Below are positions 11,418-22,561 of a stretch of 64,000 nt of DNA, piece by piece. A program made the position numbers and the translations under genes. This DNA is from Hyaloraphidium curvatum SAG 235-1 (lineage: Eukaryota; Fungi; Monoblepharomycota): assembly GCA_025558095.1 (NCBI GenBank), contig JAIVFI010000019.1, positions 657,312-721,311 on the forward strand, read 5' to 3'. Numbering within the stretch: position 1 is the first letter of the stretch; each line of letters begins with the position of its first letter. The notes under the pieces were generated by a model. The model made no database searches and had not been told where the DNA came from. It saw nothing but the letters and a program-made list of their open reading frames with translations.

Positions 11418-12073
11418 CTACGTCCACAGGCTGAAATCCGCCAGCTCCATCTCCCCCTTTGCCCTGTCCGGCCTCTCCGTCCCCGGCTTCCCCTCCGGCG
11501 GCTGCTCCCACTCCTCGTACGACGGGTAAGCCTGCACCTTGGGATCGAACCCCCACCCCCACACCCCGTCCCTCAAAACGAGGCTCCTGATCCCGCGCTC
11601 CCCGAGCAGGTGGCTCGCCCACCCGGCCCGCCTGTGGGTCCTGCAGTGGATCACCAGCGGCTTCCCGCCGTGCCGCACGGCGCCCCAATCCACCCCCGTC
11701 CGCTCCTCCAGCCTGTCCCACCCCCCGGGCCCCTCGGCATCGGCGAGGGCCTGGGGCAGCTCGTCGACGGGGATCCAGCCCCCGTGCGGGTCGATGGAGC
11801 CGAACCGGTCGCGCTCGTCGCCGCGGCGGACGTCGAGGATCTCGGCGCGGGATTGCGACAGGAGGAGGGAGAGCGCGTCGCGGGAGAGGTACCGCGGGGG
11901 GAGGGGGACGAGGGCGGGGTGGGGGATGGTGGGGAGGAGGACGGGGGTGGTGACGGAGGGGTTTTGGGGGATGCCTGGAAAGGGGTGTGGGGTCAGAGGG
12001 AGGGGAAGGAGGGGAGCAGCGTGGGGGGCGGACCTGCCGACGCGGCTTCCCGCTGCATCTGTTCCCGCAGCAT
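11418..12073 (-). CDS. Rhodanese-like domain protein with active-site Cys
   Basis: ILDVRRGDE..GSI, IPVDEL, LVIHCRTHRRA, LRDGV. Probable first exon from ATG 12073 with intron 11975-12033. Confidence 0.75.
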
Positions 12074-12148
12074 GGCCGCTTCCTCGAGCGATAGGTGTGA
12101 CGCTGATGGCGACAGAATAAAGGGCTGAAGAAGGGCCGGGACCGCGAA

Positions 12149-12616
12149 TCAGCTCGGCCTCGATCGCGCCGCCCGCGTCCGGCAACCCACGTCGAAGGCG
12201 GCCAGCCCCCCCTCCAGCACCACGATCTTCTGGAACCCGAACCACCGCAGCATATCCACGACGCCTTTCGTCTGCGCCTCGGTCCCCGCGATGGTCAGCA
12301 CCACGACCAGGTGCGTCTTCCTCGCGTCCCTCCTCGGGTTGTCCGGATCCGCGTGGAAGTGCGACTGCAGGAAGCCCAGCAGCGCGGTCTCGTCCTTGCC
12401 CACCAGGGGCACGCGGCAGTACTCGGTGGTCCCGGGGCGCTCGAACGGCAGCGGCGGGGGCGCCTCCTCGGCCACGTCGTCGAACGGCAGCGCGTCGGGG
12501 TCCGCGGGCGGCCGCACGTCGAGCAGCATGTGCGGCGTCGGGTCGAGCTGCATCAGCAGCAGCAGCGCCGCGGGGGTGATGGTCGCCGTGCGGCGCGGCG
12601 CCGTGCGCGACGACAT
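12149..12616 (-). CDS. Rhodanese-like domain protein lacking the catalytic Cys
   Basis: ITPAAL..LLDVRP ... GFQKIVVLEGGLAAF rhodanese-fold signature. Confidence 0.6.
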   Translation of the reverse strand: MSSRTAPRRTATITPAALLLLMQLDPTPHMLLDVRPPADPDALPFDDVAEEAPPPLPFERPGTTEYCRVPLVGKDETALLGFLQSHFHADPDNPRRDARKTHLVVVLTIAGTEAQTKGVVDMLRWFGFQKIVVLEGGLAAFDVGCRTRAARSRPS

Positions 12617-12902
12617 CGCGGGAAGGCGGGGGACGGGCCGGGGAGGTTCCGCGCCGGGAGCCGGCGTCCGGGCTTAAGTTGGGGTCTAAGAAGGCAGGCA
12701 GCGGAAGGGCGGCCCGCTAAAGGGACAGGCAAGGCTGCGCTCGGGAGGTGGTTACGGGAATGGCGCGACCCGCGTCTCCCGCCGGCGCAACGCCGCCGGG
12801 CCGACTGCGGCGACGAAACTTCCCCGCTTCCATCCTCGAAACGGGCCTCCAACTCCCGAACTCTCCCAAAGGGCAGCATACAGGCGACATCTATCGGTCC
12901 AA

Positions 12903-14600
12903 TCACATCTTGGGCGGCTCCGGCCGCGCCCGCAGCACCACCGTGGCCCTCGTGTCGGCGTCGGGCGTCCACCCGCGCAGCAGGTCGTGCACGAGGTCGA
13001 TCCGGTCCTGGCCCCACGCGATCTCGGAGCCGACCTGGAAGGTGGGGAATCTGCCGTGCTGTCAGCGCCGCTTCGCTGGCGAACAGCGGCAACGGGAAGA
13101 GACCCACCCGCACCCTCCGATCCTGATGAACTCGGCCGTGTTCTCCCTCAGCATCCCCTCGCACACACCCCCCTCGTTCGCCCTGTCCACCAGCGCCTTC
13201 CCATCGAGCCCTTTGGCGTCCAAATGCCCCGCCAGCTTCCCCACGTCCGAAACGTCCACGTCGTCCGCCCACACCGCCTTGAACAGCAGGTCGACGAGCT
13301 CCCACACGGCATCGCCCGGGCGCGCCTGGTCGGACCCGGCGGCGCGGATGGCGGAGAGGGCGATCCGCAGGGCTTGGGGGGTACGCACGGGGAAGTGGCT
13401 GTTGAACCTGAAGGGCACGGTTTCGGTGCGGCCGTCGGGGTAGGGGAGGTGGCTCTGCGCGGTAGGGACGGGAAAGTAGTTAGCGAAGGCAGCGGCGGGC
13501 GAGGGAGGGAACGGGTACCCAGTAGCGGACCCAGTTCTGCAGGTCGATGCCCTGCAGCTTGCGCTTGGCGGGGGAGGTGACGGCCGACGGCACCACGGGG
13601 GTGCTGGCGAGGGCAGGGTAAGACGACAGGGCACCCCGGTCCAGCACATCGGACGAACCCGATGCTCTTGAAGACGATGCCGAGGAGGGTCGGCTTGAGG
13701 CTGACCGTGAGGCCGGGGCCGGCCTCCTCCATGATCCGCTTGACCTGCGTCCAGCCGAGGTAGGTCCAGGGGCTGTCGGCGGCACGCGGGTTCAAGATGA
13801 GGGACAAAGCAGACGCCCGATTCGGCCCACCTCGAGAAATCGAACCAGAAGGTCATGTGCTGCCTCCCCTCGATCGGCTTCCTCGGCATCACCGTCTCCT
13901 GCACCGCGCTGATCGGCACCGGCACCTTGTCCCCCGGCTGCCTGGCCTCCTCCACCGCCCCCGCGACAAAGTGGAACCTGTCCCCGCCCCAGAACATCCT
14001 CCCCGCGCCGTCGAACCTTGTGTCGGGCACGAAGCAGTCCGGCACACCCACCGCGCCCAGCCGGACAAAGTAGTCGGTGGTGGTGCGCAGCGCGCCCTTG
14101 TACGTGTCGGAGACGTCGACGATGTAGTGCAGCTCCTCGGGCTTAAGGGCCTTCCACGGGAACGTGGCGTTGTACGCGCCCAGGAGCACCTCCTGCGACG
14201 CCACGTCGAGGTTGTCGATCCAGTACGCCCTGAAGAGCGCGTGGAACAGCGCCGCCCTCTCCTTCTGCGAGACCACCGAGTGCAGAAGCCTCAGCGCCCG
14301 CACGCTCCTCACGGGGTGCTTGGGATGGAACTTCAGGTCCACGCCCCACCGCTTGGCGGTGCGGTACAGCTCCCGCGATTCGTAGCGCTGCTTCTGCGGC
14401 GCGTTGAGGTCCGACGCCGAGCCGTCCTTGCCCTGGGGCGCGCGGATCTGCCGGTAGATGCCGCCAAGCAGGGTCGGGTGCCATTCCAGTTCGGCGCCAG
14501 TGGAGGCGGCGAGCGCCTCGATGCGCTTCGAGGCGATGTAGGCCCAGGGGCACACGACGTCGGCGGCGAACTGGATCGAGGGGGTGCGGGGGGCCGCCAT
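12903..14600 (-). CDS. Two-domain DsbA-like / 2-hydroxychromene-2-carboxylate isomerase (GST-kappa family) protein
   Basis: Domain 1: DVVCPWAY, PTLLGGIY, GVP..FWGGDR. Domain 2 across introns: FWFDFS|SPWTY, PTLLG, PTFQVG..WGQDR. Stop at 12903. Confidence 0.85.
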
Positions 14601-14901
14601 CGCGGTGTCTCCCGTTTCCGGAGGATGCGGCGTCTGGGGGGCGGGGCGCGGCCGAATTGCGGTTCGGAAGGCGATGGGGGAGATTGCAGAAGGCGAAAGA
14701 CGCGACTGCGCGACGGCAGCGACCCGGAAGAAGAGGGAAAGCGCGGTTTCGGGAGGACGGATCTTCCCGACTCCCGGCCCCGCGCGGCGTTGCGCACCTG
14801 GGCCGCCAAGAGCACCGTCACCGCACCAATCGGCCGCGATCCCGACATTCCGGACGCCGTTCTATCTCCTACGGCTCATCGCATCCCCCTCTCCGTCCCC
14901 C

Positions 14902-15262
14902 ATGGCCTCCCACCCCAAGGAGGAGCTCTTCTCCCTCCCCGGCGTGCACCCCGGCTCCTCCGTCCTCCGCGTCGGCTCGGGCCCGGGCACCGCCGTCTTC
15001 CGCGTGCACCAGCACATCATCAAGACCGTTTCGACGAAACTGGGGAGGAAGCTTTCCGACGGCACCGGCGCCGCGGTGGGATCGCTCCGCCCGACAATTC
15101 GGGCACGCGCTGACGTGGCCCCGCGATGCGCGAAGATCGATCTGCCCGGGATCTCGAGCTCTTCCGCACTTTCCTGCCTTTGTTCTACCCGGAGACTGGG
15201 TGAGGGAGGCGGAGACGGCGCCGCTGATGGGTCTGGCGGAGGCGTGGTGTGTCGAGACCTAG
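14902..15262 (+). pseudogene. Degenerate BTB/POZ-like fragment
   Basis: VLRVG...FRVHQHIIKTVS, then IDLP and, in a shifted frame, ELFRTFLPLFYP. Frameshifts and early stops. Confidence 0.35.
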
Positions 15263-15516
15263 AGGGAGGCGATCGCGCTCGCGCACGGAGTGGCCGAGGA
15301 CGGCGTGGGAAGAGACGCATGGACCGGACGGTAATAAGGCGGCAGTAGAGCACCCAAAATGTGATTCTACTGCGGTGTCCAGTCTATCCCCAGCGCTGCT
15401 GTTTTTCACCCCGTGTCGGAACCCGCTCTTTCCCTCCCAAAATCCCCGAAACCCCGTGCCAAGCACCCCGCAAGACGTCGAACAATTCCCCCCATGCATC
15501 TAGATCCCGCCGCTGA

Positions 15517-16396
15517 TCACTGGCTGGGCTTGCCGTTGCTGTCGAACTCGTGCACGCGGTGCTCCTTGGCATCGACGTAGCCGTGCTTGGCGCCGCGGAC
15601 GGCCGCGCTGGTCTGCGCCTCGAGCTCCTTCTCGGCCTGCGATGCAAGTAAGGGGAGGAGGAGGGAAGTCAGATGCGCGATCAGCGGGTGATCATGCGGA
15701 GATCTCGACGCACCAAGCCCAGGGCCCTCATCAGCCTGTTCCACGCCAGCGGCAGCCCCCTGGTAACGGTCAACCACCCCAGCACCGGCCCCCACACGCT
15801 TCCCACGACCATCCCCACGGCAGCAAGCCCGATCAGCATGCCGACGGCGCCGACGAGGAGCAGCGGGATCTCGGCGGCGCCGACGGCGAGCGAGGCGGCG
15901 AGGCCGAGGGCGGAGAGGGTGGCCAGGGACCAGCCGGCGAAGAGCAGGGGAGGGAGGAGGAAGGCGAGGAGGGAGGCGAGGAGGGCGGTGCGGAGGTACG
16001 GGCGGGAGGAGAAGTAGTCGCGGACGCGGGGCCAGACGGTGGTGCTGACGGTGTTGCTGCGAAGGGAGGAAGGAGGGAGGTCAGAATCGCCCATGCGGAG
16101 ACCACCGAACGACGGCCGGAGACGGGAGATCATCGCATCGGGCCATCGGACGGCAGATTTCCGGCCCCGGCCTCCACGCTGCCCGACACCCACGCGACGT
16201 CCTTGACCCTGTCCTTCCCGCCGTAGAGCCCCCTGACCGCCCTGCGCTTGGCCCTCTCGCTGGCGTCCTCGGCCGTCTCGGGCAGGTTCTGGATGGCGTC
16301 GACGACCTTGGCCGTGACCTTGTAGGCGGCTTCCTCGGTCCTGCGCTCCCTCTCAGGGCGGGTCGCGTCGACGCGGTCGAGGACAGCGGTGGACAT
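15517..16396 (-). CDS. Lipid-droplet hairpin protein (promethin/LDAF1- or oleosin-like)
   Basis: Three coding segments: a hydrophilic N-terminus (MSTAVLDRV...), ~75 nearly uninterrupted hydrophobic residues (15780-16000), and a hydrophilic last exon. Confidence 0.5.
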
Positions 16397-16718
16397 GGCG
16401 GCGGCGGTGCGGTGCGGTTGGAGCAGGGCGGAGAGTGGCAGCGGAATGGAATGGAGTGATGGAGCGGCGAGTCGTCGGGCCGAGTCGGCCTTTTGAATGC
16501 CGGCACAGCCGCAAGCTCGTGTTCGGCGGCGCACAGTCACCTCTCTCCAAGATTCCCGCCGCGAGGCCCCCCAATTCCCGCCGGAAAGCATATGAAAATC
16601 TGGAAACGCATGAGAGAGGAGCATGGAAGTCCGAGTATTTCTCAAGCTACGTTTCCAAGCGTCGGACAAGGAAGATGTGTCGCGAAAGTGGCCGCACCGA
16701 GAAGCCCCGATCCCAGTC

Positions 16719-17996
16719 TCACTCGGGCTTCCGGCCCTCCGATCCGGCACCCAGAGGCTTCAGGCCCTTCCACTCCGGCTTCCTCTTGCCCAAGAACGCT
16801 GCGGCGCCTTCCGCGACGTTGGGCCCGCGCACCATGGCGTGGACCTCGGGGAGCGTGCGGAAGAGGCGGTTGGTTTCTGCCTCCGGGCAACCAAGAACGA
16901 AAGAGACGACGAATCAGTCACGCTACTCTTTGGTGAAGCGGATCGAAGCGTACCTTGCCACCCTTTCTCCATCCCGAGCCTGGCAACGGCCTTGGTCGCC
17001 CGCACGCTGTCCGGCGAGTTGGAGGCAATCTCGGAAGCCAGCTCCACGGCCCTCCTTTCGAGGTCCTGCGGAAACAAGACAGTCGACCAATCGCTCAGTT
17101 GATCTTAAGCTCTGGGCCCACCTCACGTCCGACGACCTCCTGCACGATCCCGAGCGCTTTGGCCTCGTCCGCGAAACTGGTGCGGCCGGTGAGCAGGAGG
17201 TGCATGGCAGTGTGGTAGCCGATGATCTTTGGGAGCACCTGGCAGGCTCCTGTCCGTTGACCACATGTGGATGGCACGTCAGATCGAAAAGCAGTCAGAC
17301 CCCACCGCAAAGTCGACGGACCTCCCAAAGCTGCGAGTCCGACCTTGACCTCCCTTGCGGAGAACTTCGCGTCCTCGGAGGCGAGCACGATGTCGCAGGC
17401 GAGGGCGAGCTCGAAGCCGCCGCCGAACGCGGCGCCGTTCACGGCGGCGATGATCGGCTGTCCGATATACCCGGCGGAGTTGGACGCGACCAATGAGATG
17501 ATGCCGCGTTCACCAAAGCTGCATAGATCGGACCTTGTTCAGATCGCTCCGGAAGGTGAGCCCACCGAATCCGTTCGCCCGGAGATCCTCGGGTCCGCTC
17601 TTCGAAAGCTGGTCCCGTTGCGGAACAGGATAAGTCAGGATATTCGACTCGCTCAAAGAGGCTCCCCACCTCCTTGAGATCCAGTCCAGCGCAGAAGGCC
17701 TTGCCCGTCCCTGCTCCACCACGTCAACGCCTCTTCCGAAAGCCCTTCCGGCGCACGCCCTTCCCACCGGTCAAGACCGCGACCCAGACCTCATCATCCT
17801 CCTTGAACGCCTCCCAAACACCCCCCAGCTCCTCCTGAGTGGCGCGGTCCAGAGCGTTGGCGGCCTCGGGACGGTCGATGCGGACGAGGAGCACGTGCGG
17901 GGCGGGGAGGGAGAGGCGCACATGACGTTGCGGAAGGGAGGAGAATGAGATGGGGAGGGAGTTGGAAGGAGGCGCGGATTCGTTGCTGGAGAGCAT
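16719..17996 (-). CDS. Enoyl-CoA hydratase / carnitinyl-CoA dehydratase-like (crotonase superfamily)
   Basis: IDRPEAANAL, KAFCAGLDLKE, GFGGL, PIIAAVNGAAFGGGFELALACD, LLLTGR, EGAAAFLGKRKPEW across several introns. Confidence 0.9.
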
Positions 17997-18490
17997 GACG
18001 GGGAGGAGTTTGTGATTCGAGCAGTGGGGGACGAGTCATCGGTGGATCAAACGTCGAGAGTGACGCCAGGATGGAGCACACCTAAATGCCACAAGCCCGT
18101 CAATTCCAACCACGTGGGAGACGTCGGACCTACCTCCGCTCCCCTCGGCGCGGGCGGAGGACGGCGCGCGCTGGGAGAAGGATTTCGACACGCGCGAGTT
18201 TGCCGTCGCGTCGCGCCGCGCCACCGAATCGCTCGTCCGCGACGAGGCCTGGAAGGCCGCGCGTGTTCGGCCAGCGGGTGCGCAATGTGGCGATTTCCAC
18301 GCTTCCGGGGCGCTCGTTCTGCTGTGCACGCTGGTGACTTGACGGCTTTCTGGATTGGAACCGGCCGTAGCTTTCGCACCGCTTTTTCCGGTACAAGGAA
18401 GGGGCTCCAGTTGCCGGTCCTCCGGAGCACATCAAGGCAGCAATTGCGCTTGGGATCTTCCGCACGACGTACCCCGCCCTGCGCCGCGCC

Positions 18491-19179
18491 GTGACGGGCG
18501 CGGCCCGCAGGCTCCAAAACGCACCCTTTGATCCGGGTACCGAATGCGCAAGGGGGCTCCGCTGGGTTCTCGAAGAAGCCACCCGGGCCTTTGTGATTAT
18601 TTCGCGCATGGCAGAGTGCTCCTCGGCGGTGCGGAGCAGGCTCGCAGATGATCCTGGGATCACGGAAGCCGCGGCCCAGCTCGCCGTCCGTGTATTCGAG
18701 GGCAGCCCGGGCAGGATCACGCACAGGATCAGCGACGGCTTCATCGTTCCCGGAAAGAGCGACGGCATGGCCTTCCTCCACGCAGCATGTCGCTTCGCGA
18801 GTCTGACTCTGAGGCTTTCCGCCGCTCGCCTCCCGGAGCCATCAGAGGACTCTTCATGTGCACCGCCAAGGTCCGCACAGCGCTGACGGAACTATACCCC
18901 GGCTTCTACGATCTGTTCTGGGTCTTCTATCGCGGCCTGGAGGGCAGCGGGCAGCCCTGGCCCGCCCACGCGCAAACCTTGCGCCACCGGTTGCGAGCGG
19001 TTGGCCGGCACGCCGACCACTGCGACTCCTGCAACGCCGAGGCTTCGGAGCACCTGCGCCTCAAGCGCTGCGCCCGGTGCAAGGTCGCTCGGTACTGCTC
19101 GAGGGAGTGCCAGGCCGCTGCGTGGAAGGCGGTGCACAAGAAGGACTGCCGGGCGCCGGATGCCACGGAGGAGGAGTGA
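18491..19179 (+). CDS. MYND-type zinc-finger protein (5' end uncertain)
   Basis: C-terminal CDSC..LKRCARCKVARYCSRECQAAAWKAVHKKDC. Confidence 0.75.
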
Positions 19180-19402
19180 GCCATTCGGATGATGGGTCTA
19201 TATGCGAATCGATATTGTTCTTATTGTAGATTGTTGTTGCCGATCGAATCAGGATCTCGACGGACTCTTGCTTTGCCACCCACTCGTGCCGCACTTCCTG
19301 ATCGGGGCGGATAACCGCGGAGCGACGCGAGCAACCCGTGCATGTTTCGGCACCCAACTCGTACACGATCCCATGTTTTTCCCCCATCCAACCGCGCCGC
19401 AA

Positions 19403-21499
19403 TCACCTAGCGCAGGTCGTGACCTGGATCTTGATCTCCGATGTGTAGCCCAGCTCCGTCCCGACGTTGTTGTCCTTGCCCACGACGGGCTTGGCGCCCG
19501 TGAAGGTCTTGAGCTTGCCGTACAGGAACCATGTGCCGCGCTTGAGGACCTTCCGGGAGAGGGTGACGACGGTGGTGTCCGCTTGCTGTGGGACAGGGAG
19601 GTGGACGTCAGGGAGGCCGGGCGAACAACACGAAGGCGGAAGACGTACCCCGGGGAGCAGCGGCAGGTCGCACAGGTTGTCGATGAACGCCACGCTCGTG
19701 GGCCTGCCCGCGATCGGCCCCGCGCGCGACTTGCCCAGCTTGTCCAGCTGCTTGTCGAACACCTTGAGGAACATCCTCCCGTTGGCGTTGGTCAGGGTGC
19801 CGTCCGCGCACCGCGCGCGGATGTAGGGCGTCATGCCGATGGCCACCCTGACGGTGCCGCCGCACGAGAAGCCGGTGACGGACGAGGTCTGCGCGCCGCC
19901 CTGGCCGTAGACTTCGAGGTTGCCGACGAAACGGTCCGTGCGGTCCGAGGTCTTGAGGCGCTCGTCCGAGGCCGCGGCGAAGATGCCCTCCTCGTTGACG
20001 ATCTCGAGGATCGCGCGGGCCTTGGCTTCCTTGGTGTTGGCGACCCACGCGGGGATGTCGGCATCGTAGACGCCCGAGTTGAGCACGTAGTCCGAGGAGA
20101 AGTAGGTGTGCAGCAGCTCCGACGCGTCCTTGGGGCGGCGGTCCGCGGGGAGCTGGGTAAGGGTGTCGATCAGGTCCCAGAGGGCGTTCTTGCGGGCGTC
20201 CGAGAGGGCCAGGCGCAGGGCCTTGGGTAGGGCGGGCGCGGTGTTGTAGAAGGGTAGCGTCACTTCGGGGAGCTTGGTGGGGCCCTTGGCGCTGGCACGG
20301 TCCGCGTAGAGCTGCCACAGCGAGATGCCGAGCGCGTACACGTCGGGGCCCATGCCGGGGATGGCGTAGGTGATTGGGGTCGTGGGGAAAGCGGCATTCT
20401 GGGCCGCGGTTTTGGCGGTGGCGGCCCACGCCTTGAGCTGAAGCTCGGGCGAGACGTAGCGGGGCGTGACCCCGACGACCCTCTTAGCGACGTTGTACAT
20501 CTGAAGCAGATCGGCTTTGGTCGTGACGGATCCGTAGTCGATGAGCCTGGGCCAGTTACCGGCGCTGGAGGGCGGCGGGAAGTCAGTCGACGCCGACCGT
20601 ACTGCGAAACCGATGAGCACCAACCAGATCATGAAGTTCTCCGGCTTGACGTCGAGGTGGACGTACCCCTTCTGATGAACGAAGGCCAGGGCCACGACGG
20701 CGCGCGAGAACTGGCGCACGATTTCGGCGTCCGAGGGCCCCGTGGCGCCCCACGACTCAAAGTCGCCGCCCGTGCAGGGGGCGATAACGAGCCCTCCTCC
20801 GGTACGCAGGGGAGTGCCGCCGAGCGCCGGAACGGCCCTGATGAATCCCCACAGCTTGAGGATGAAGGGGCCGCCCTGGAACAGCGCCGTGTTGGCTGCC
20901 TCGCTGTCGAGCAGTTTGGTGGCGGTTTTGACGATGAATGTGTTGCCGGGGAACTTGTTCAGGTTGGCGCGGTAGACGACGCCGGAGCCGCCGCGACCGA
21001 TGATGTTGGCGTCGTCGAGGCCGAAGGGGTCGCGGCCATTGTTGAGGGCCACGCCGCGGTCCTCCAGCGTGCGCGGGAGGAGGTTCACGTCCTGCAGCGT
21101 CTTAAGCACGGGGGCCTGGCCGGCCCAGTTTGTCGCGGCCGCGGGGCCGGGAGGGGCACCGCCGTCGTCGTCGTCGTCGCCTTCGCCGCTGTTGCTGCCG
21201 TCGCCGTCGTCCACGCTGCCCGACCCGTCCTCGTCGCCCGACCCGCTGCCGTCGTCGCCGCCGCCGTCGCCGCCCGACGAGTCGTAGCCCGAGTCGCTTC
21301 CGCTGCCGCTGGCCGCGTCGCTGCCGTCGCTGTCGTCGGACGTGCTCGGCCGCCGGCCCCCGCCGGAGCGCCCCCCGCCGGAGCTGCTCGGCCGGCGCGA
21401 CCCCGACGACCCGCTCGGCCGCCGCTCAGACGCCGACACGGTGCCCGCGAGGAGCACACACGCGAGGAGGAGGATCGCGAGCAGCTGGAGGGCGCGCAT
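19403..21499 (-). CDS. Signal-peptide-bearing Ser/Thr protein kinase
   Basis: MRALQLLAILLLACVLLAGTVSA, then a G/S/D-rich linker, then GRGGSGVVY, IVK, HLDVKPEN, DYG, TPRYVSPE, DVYALG. Two probable in-frame introns. Confidence 0.85.
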   Translation of the reverse strand: MRALQLLAILLLACVLLAGTVSASERRPSGSSGSRRPSSSGGGRSGGGRRPSTSDDSDGSDAASGSGSDSGYDSSGGDGGGDDGSGSGDEDGSGSVDDGDGSNSGEGDDDDDGGAPPGPAAATNWAGQAPVLKTLQDVNLLPRTLEDRGVALNNGRDPFGLDDANIIGRGGSGVVYRANLNKFPGNTFIVKTATKLLDSEAANTALFQGGPFILKLWGFIRAVPALGGTPLRTGGGLVIAPCTGGDFESWGATGPSDAEIVRQFSRAVVALAFVHQKGYVHLDVKPENFMIWLVLIGFAVRSASTDFPPPSSAGNWPRLIDYGSVTTKADLLQMYNVAKRVVGVTPRYVSPELQLKAWAATAKTAAQNAAFPTTPITYAIPGMGPDVYALGISLWQLYADRASAKGPTKLPEVTLPFYNTAPALPKALRLALSDARKNALWDLIDTLTQLPADRRPKDASELLHTYFSSDYVLNSGVYDADIPAWVANTKEAKARAILEIVNEEGIFAAASDERLKTSDRTDRFVGNLEVYGQGGAQTSSVTGFSCGGTVRVAIGMTPYIRARCADGTLTNANGRMFLKVFDKQLDKLGKSRAGPIAGRPTSVAFIDNLCDLPLLPGVRLPPSCCSPGLPDVHLPVPQQADTTVVTLSRKVLKRGTWFLYGKLKTFTGAKPVVGKDNNVGTELGYTSEIKIQVTTCAR

Positions 21500-21956
21500 C
21501 GCGGCAGTGCGGGTGGATGATGCTGCAGGAGCGGGCGGAACACGGGTCCATGTTGGGTCCATGCCCGGCGGCGAGAGAAAGGGTCCACTTTGATCCATGC
21601 AATCGCACATTGTACACTTCAAGACGAGAATGGAACGAGGCTCGCAGCTCGTAACCTATCAATGACGTTGCCACGATGTGTCTCTTGGGATTGATTCGGA
21701 CTCCGCTCAATTTAGCCCTCCGCCTGCTTCCCCTCCCCGTTCGCCTGCCTTTTCGAGAGCCATACCCGCCTTCTGGTTCTCGCCCTGGTTCGCTCTTTCA
21801 ATTCGTCCACTAGGCTTCTGCGCCGGATCGGGATTGGATTCGGCGCGGTCGGCGAGGCGCCCGAAGTTGGATGGGAGCTCAGCCTCTTGGCGGCACAGCA
21901 CCCTCAGCCCGTGGTCGGGCCCATAAGGCGGGGGCTGCGGCGAGCAATCCAACCCG

Positions 21957-22515
21957 ATGCGTGCCGCCATCCTGCTAGGAAGCTCCACACAGGACGCCTG
22001 CGACCGCCTGCTGCGGCTCCTCCCCAACGCCCGGCATGTCCTGCTCGGGAAGGCCGACATGCGGAGCACCCTGCGGCAACTCGCGGACCGGGGGCTGCCC
22101 TTCGGCACTTTCCTGGTGTTCACGGACGTCGTCGACCCCTCGGATGCGGCGCATCTGGGCTGGTGGCTGGAGGGAGACGATTTGGTGGTGGATTTGCGGG
22201 GCGACGCGCCGGGCTTCCTCCTCCCGGACGTCGTCGGAGACAGCGATGACCTCCTGGACGATGTCGCGGCGTTCGCGGTGGGACGAGCATCCAAGGCCGA
22301 GGTCCGCTCGAGACACCCGATGCCCTGCGACCCTGGCGCCCGCGTGCGAGATCCCTTGGTGTTGCCCGCTCAATGGTCGCTCTTCCGGCACGGGCGACGG
22401 CCTTTGCAGGATCGAACGATCTGAGATGCTCGATGCGCGATGCCGAGTCGAGTCCGGCGTCGCGAAGTTGGCGCTGGATGAATGGGCGAAGGCACTGGGC
22501 GGCATCAACCGGTAA
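21957..22515 (+). CDS. Hypothetical protein (probably two exons)
   Basis: Globular-looking ORF 21957-22277 plus a downstream exon ending GGINR*. No motif recognised. Confidence 0.3.
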
Positions 22516-22561
22516 TTGGGACCGGTGCAACAACGCTGGAATCTAGTCCGCTCGGCCGTGA

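Noticed and set aside
2103-17996. Lipid-metabolism gene cluster (PhyH, two hydroxylases, promethin-like, enoyl-CoA hydratase)
   Set aside because: The genes are interspersed with unrelated ones, with no backbone enzyme or shared regulatory signal visible.
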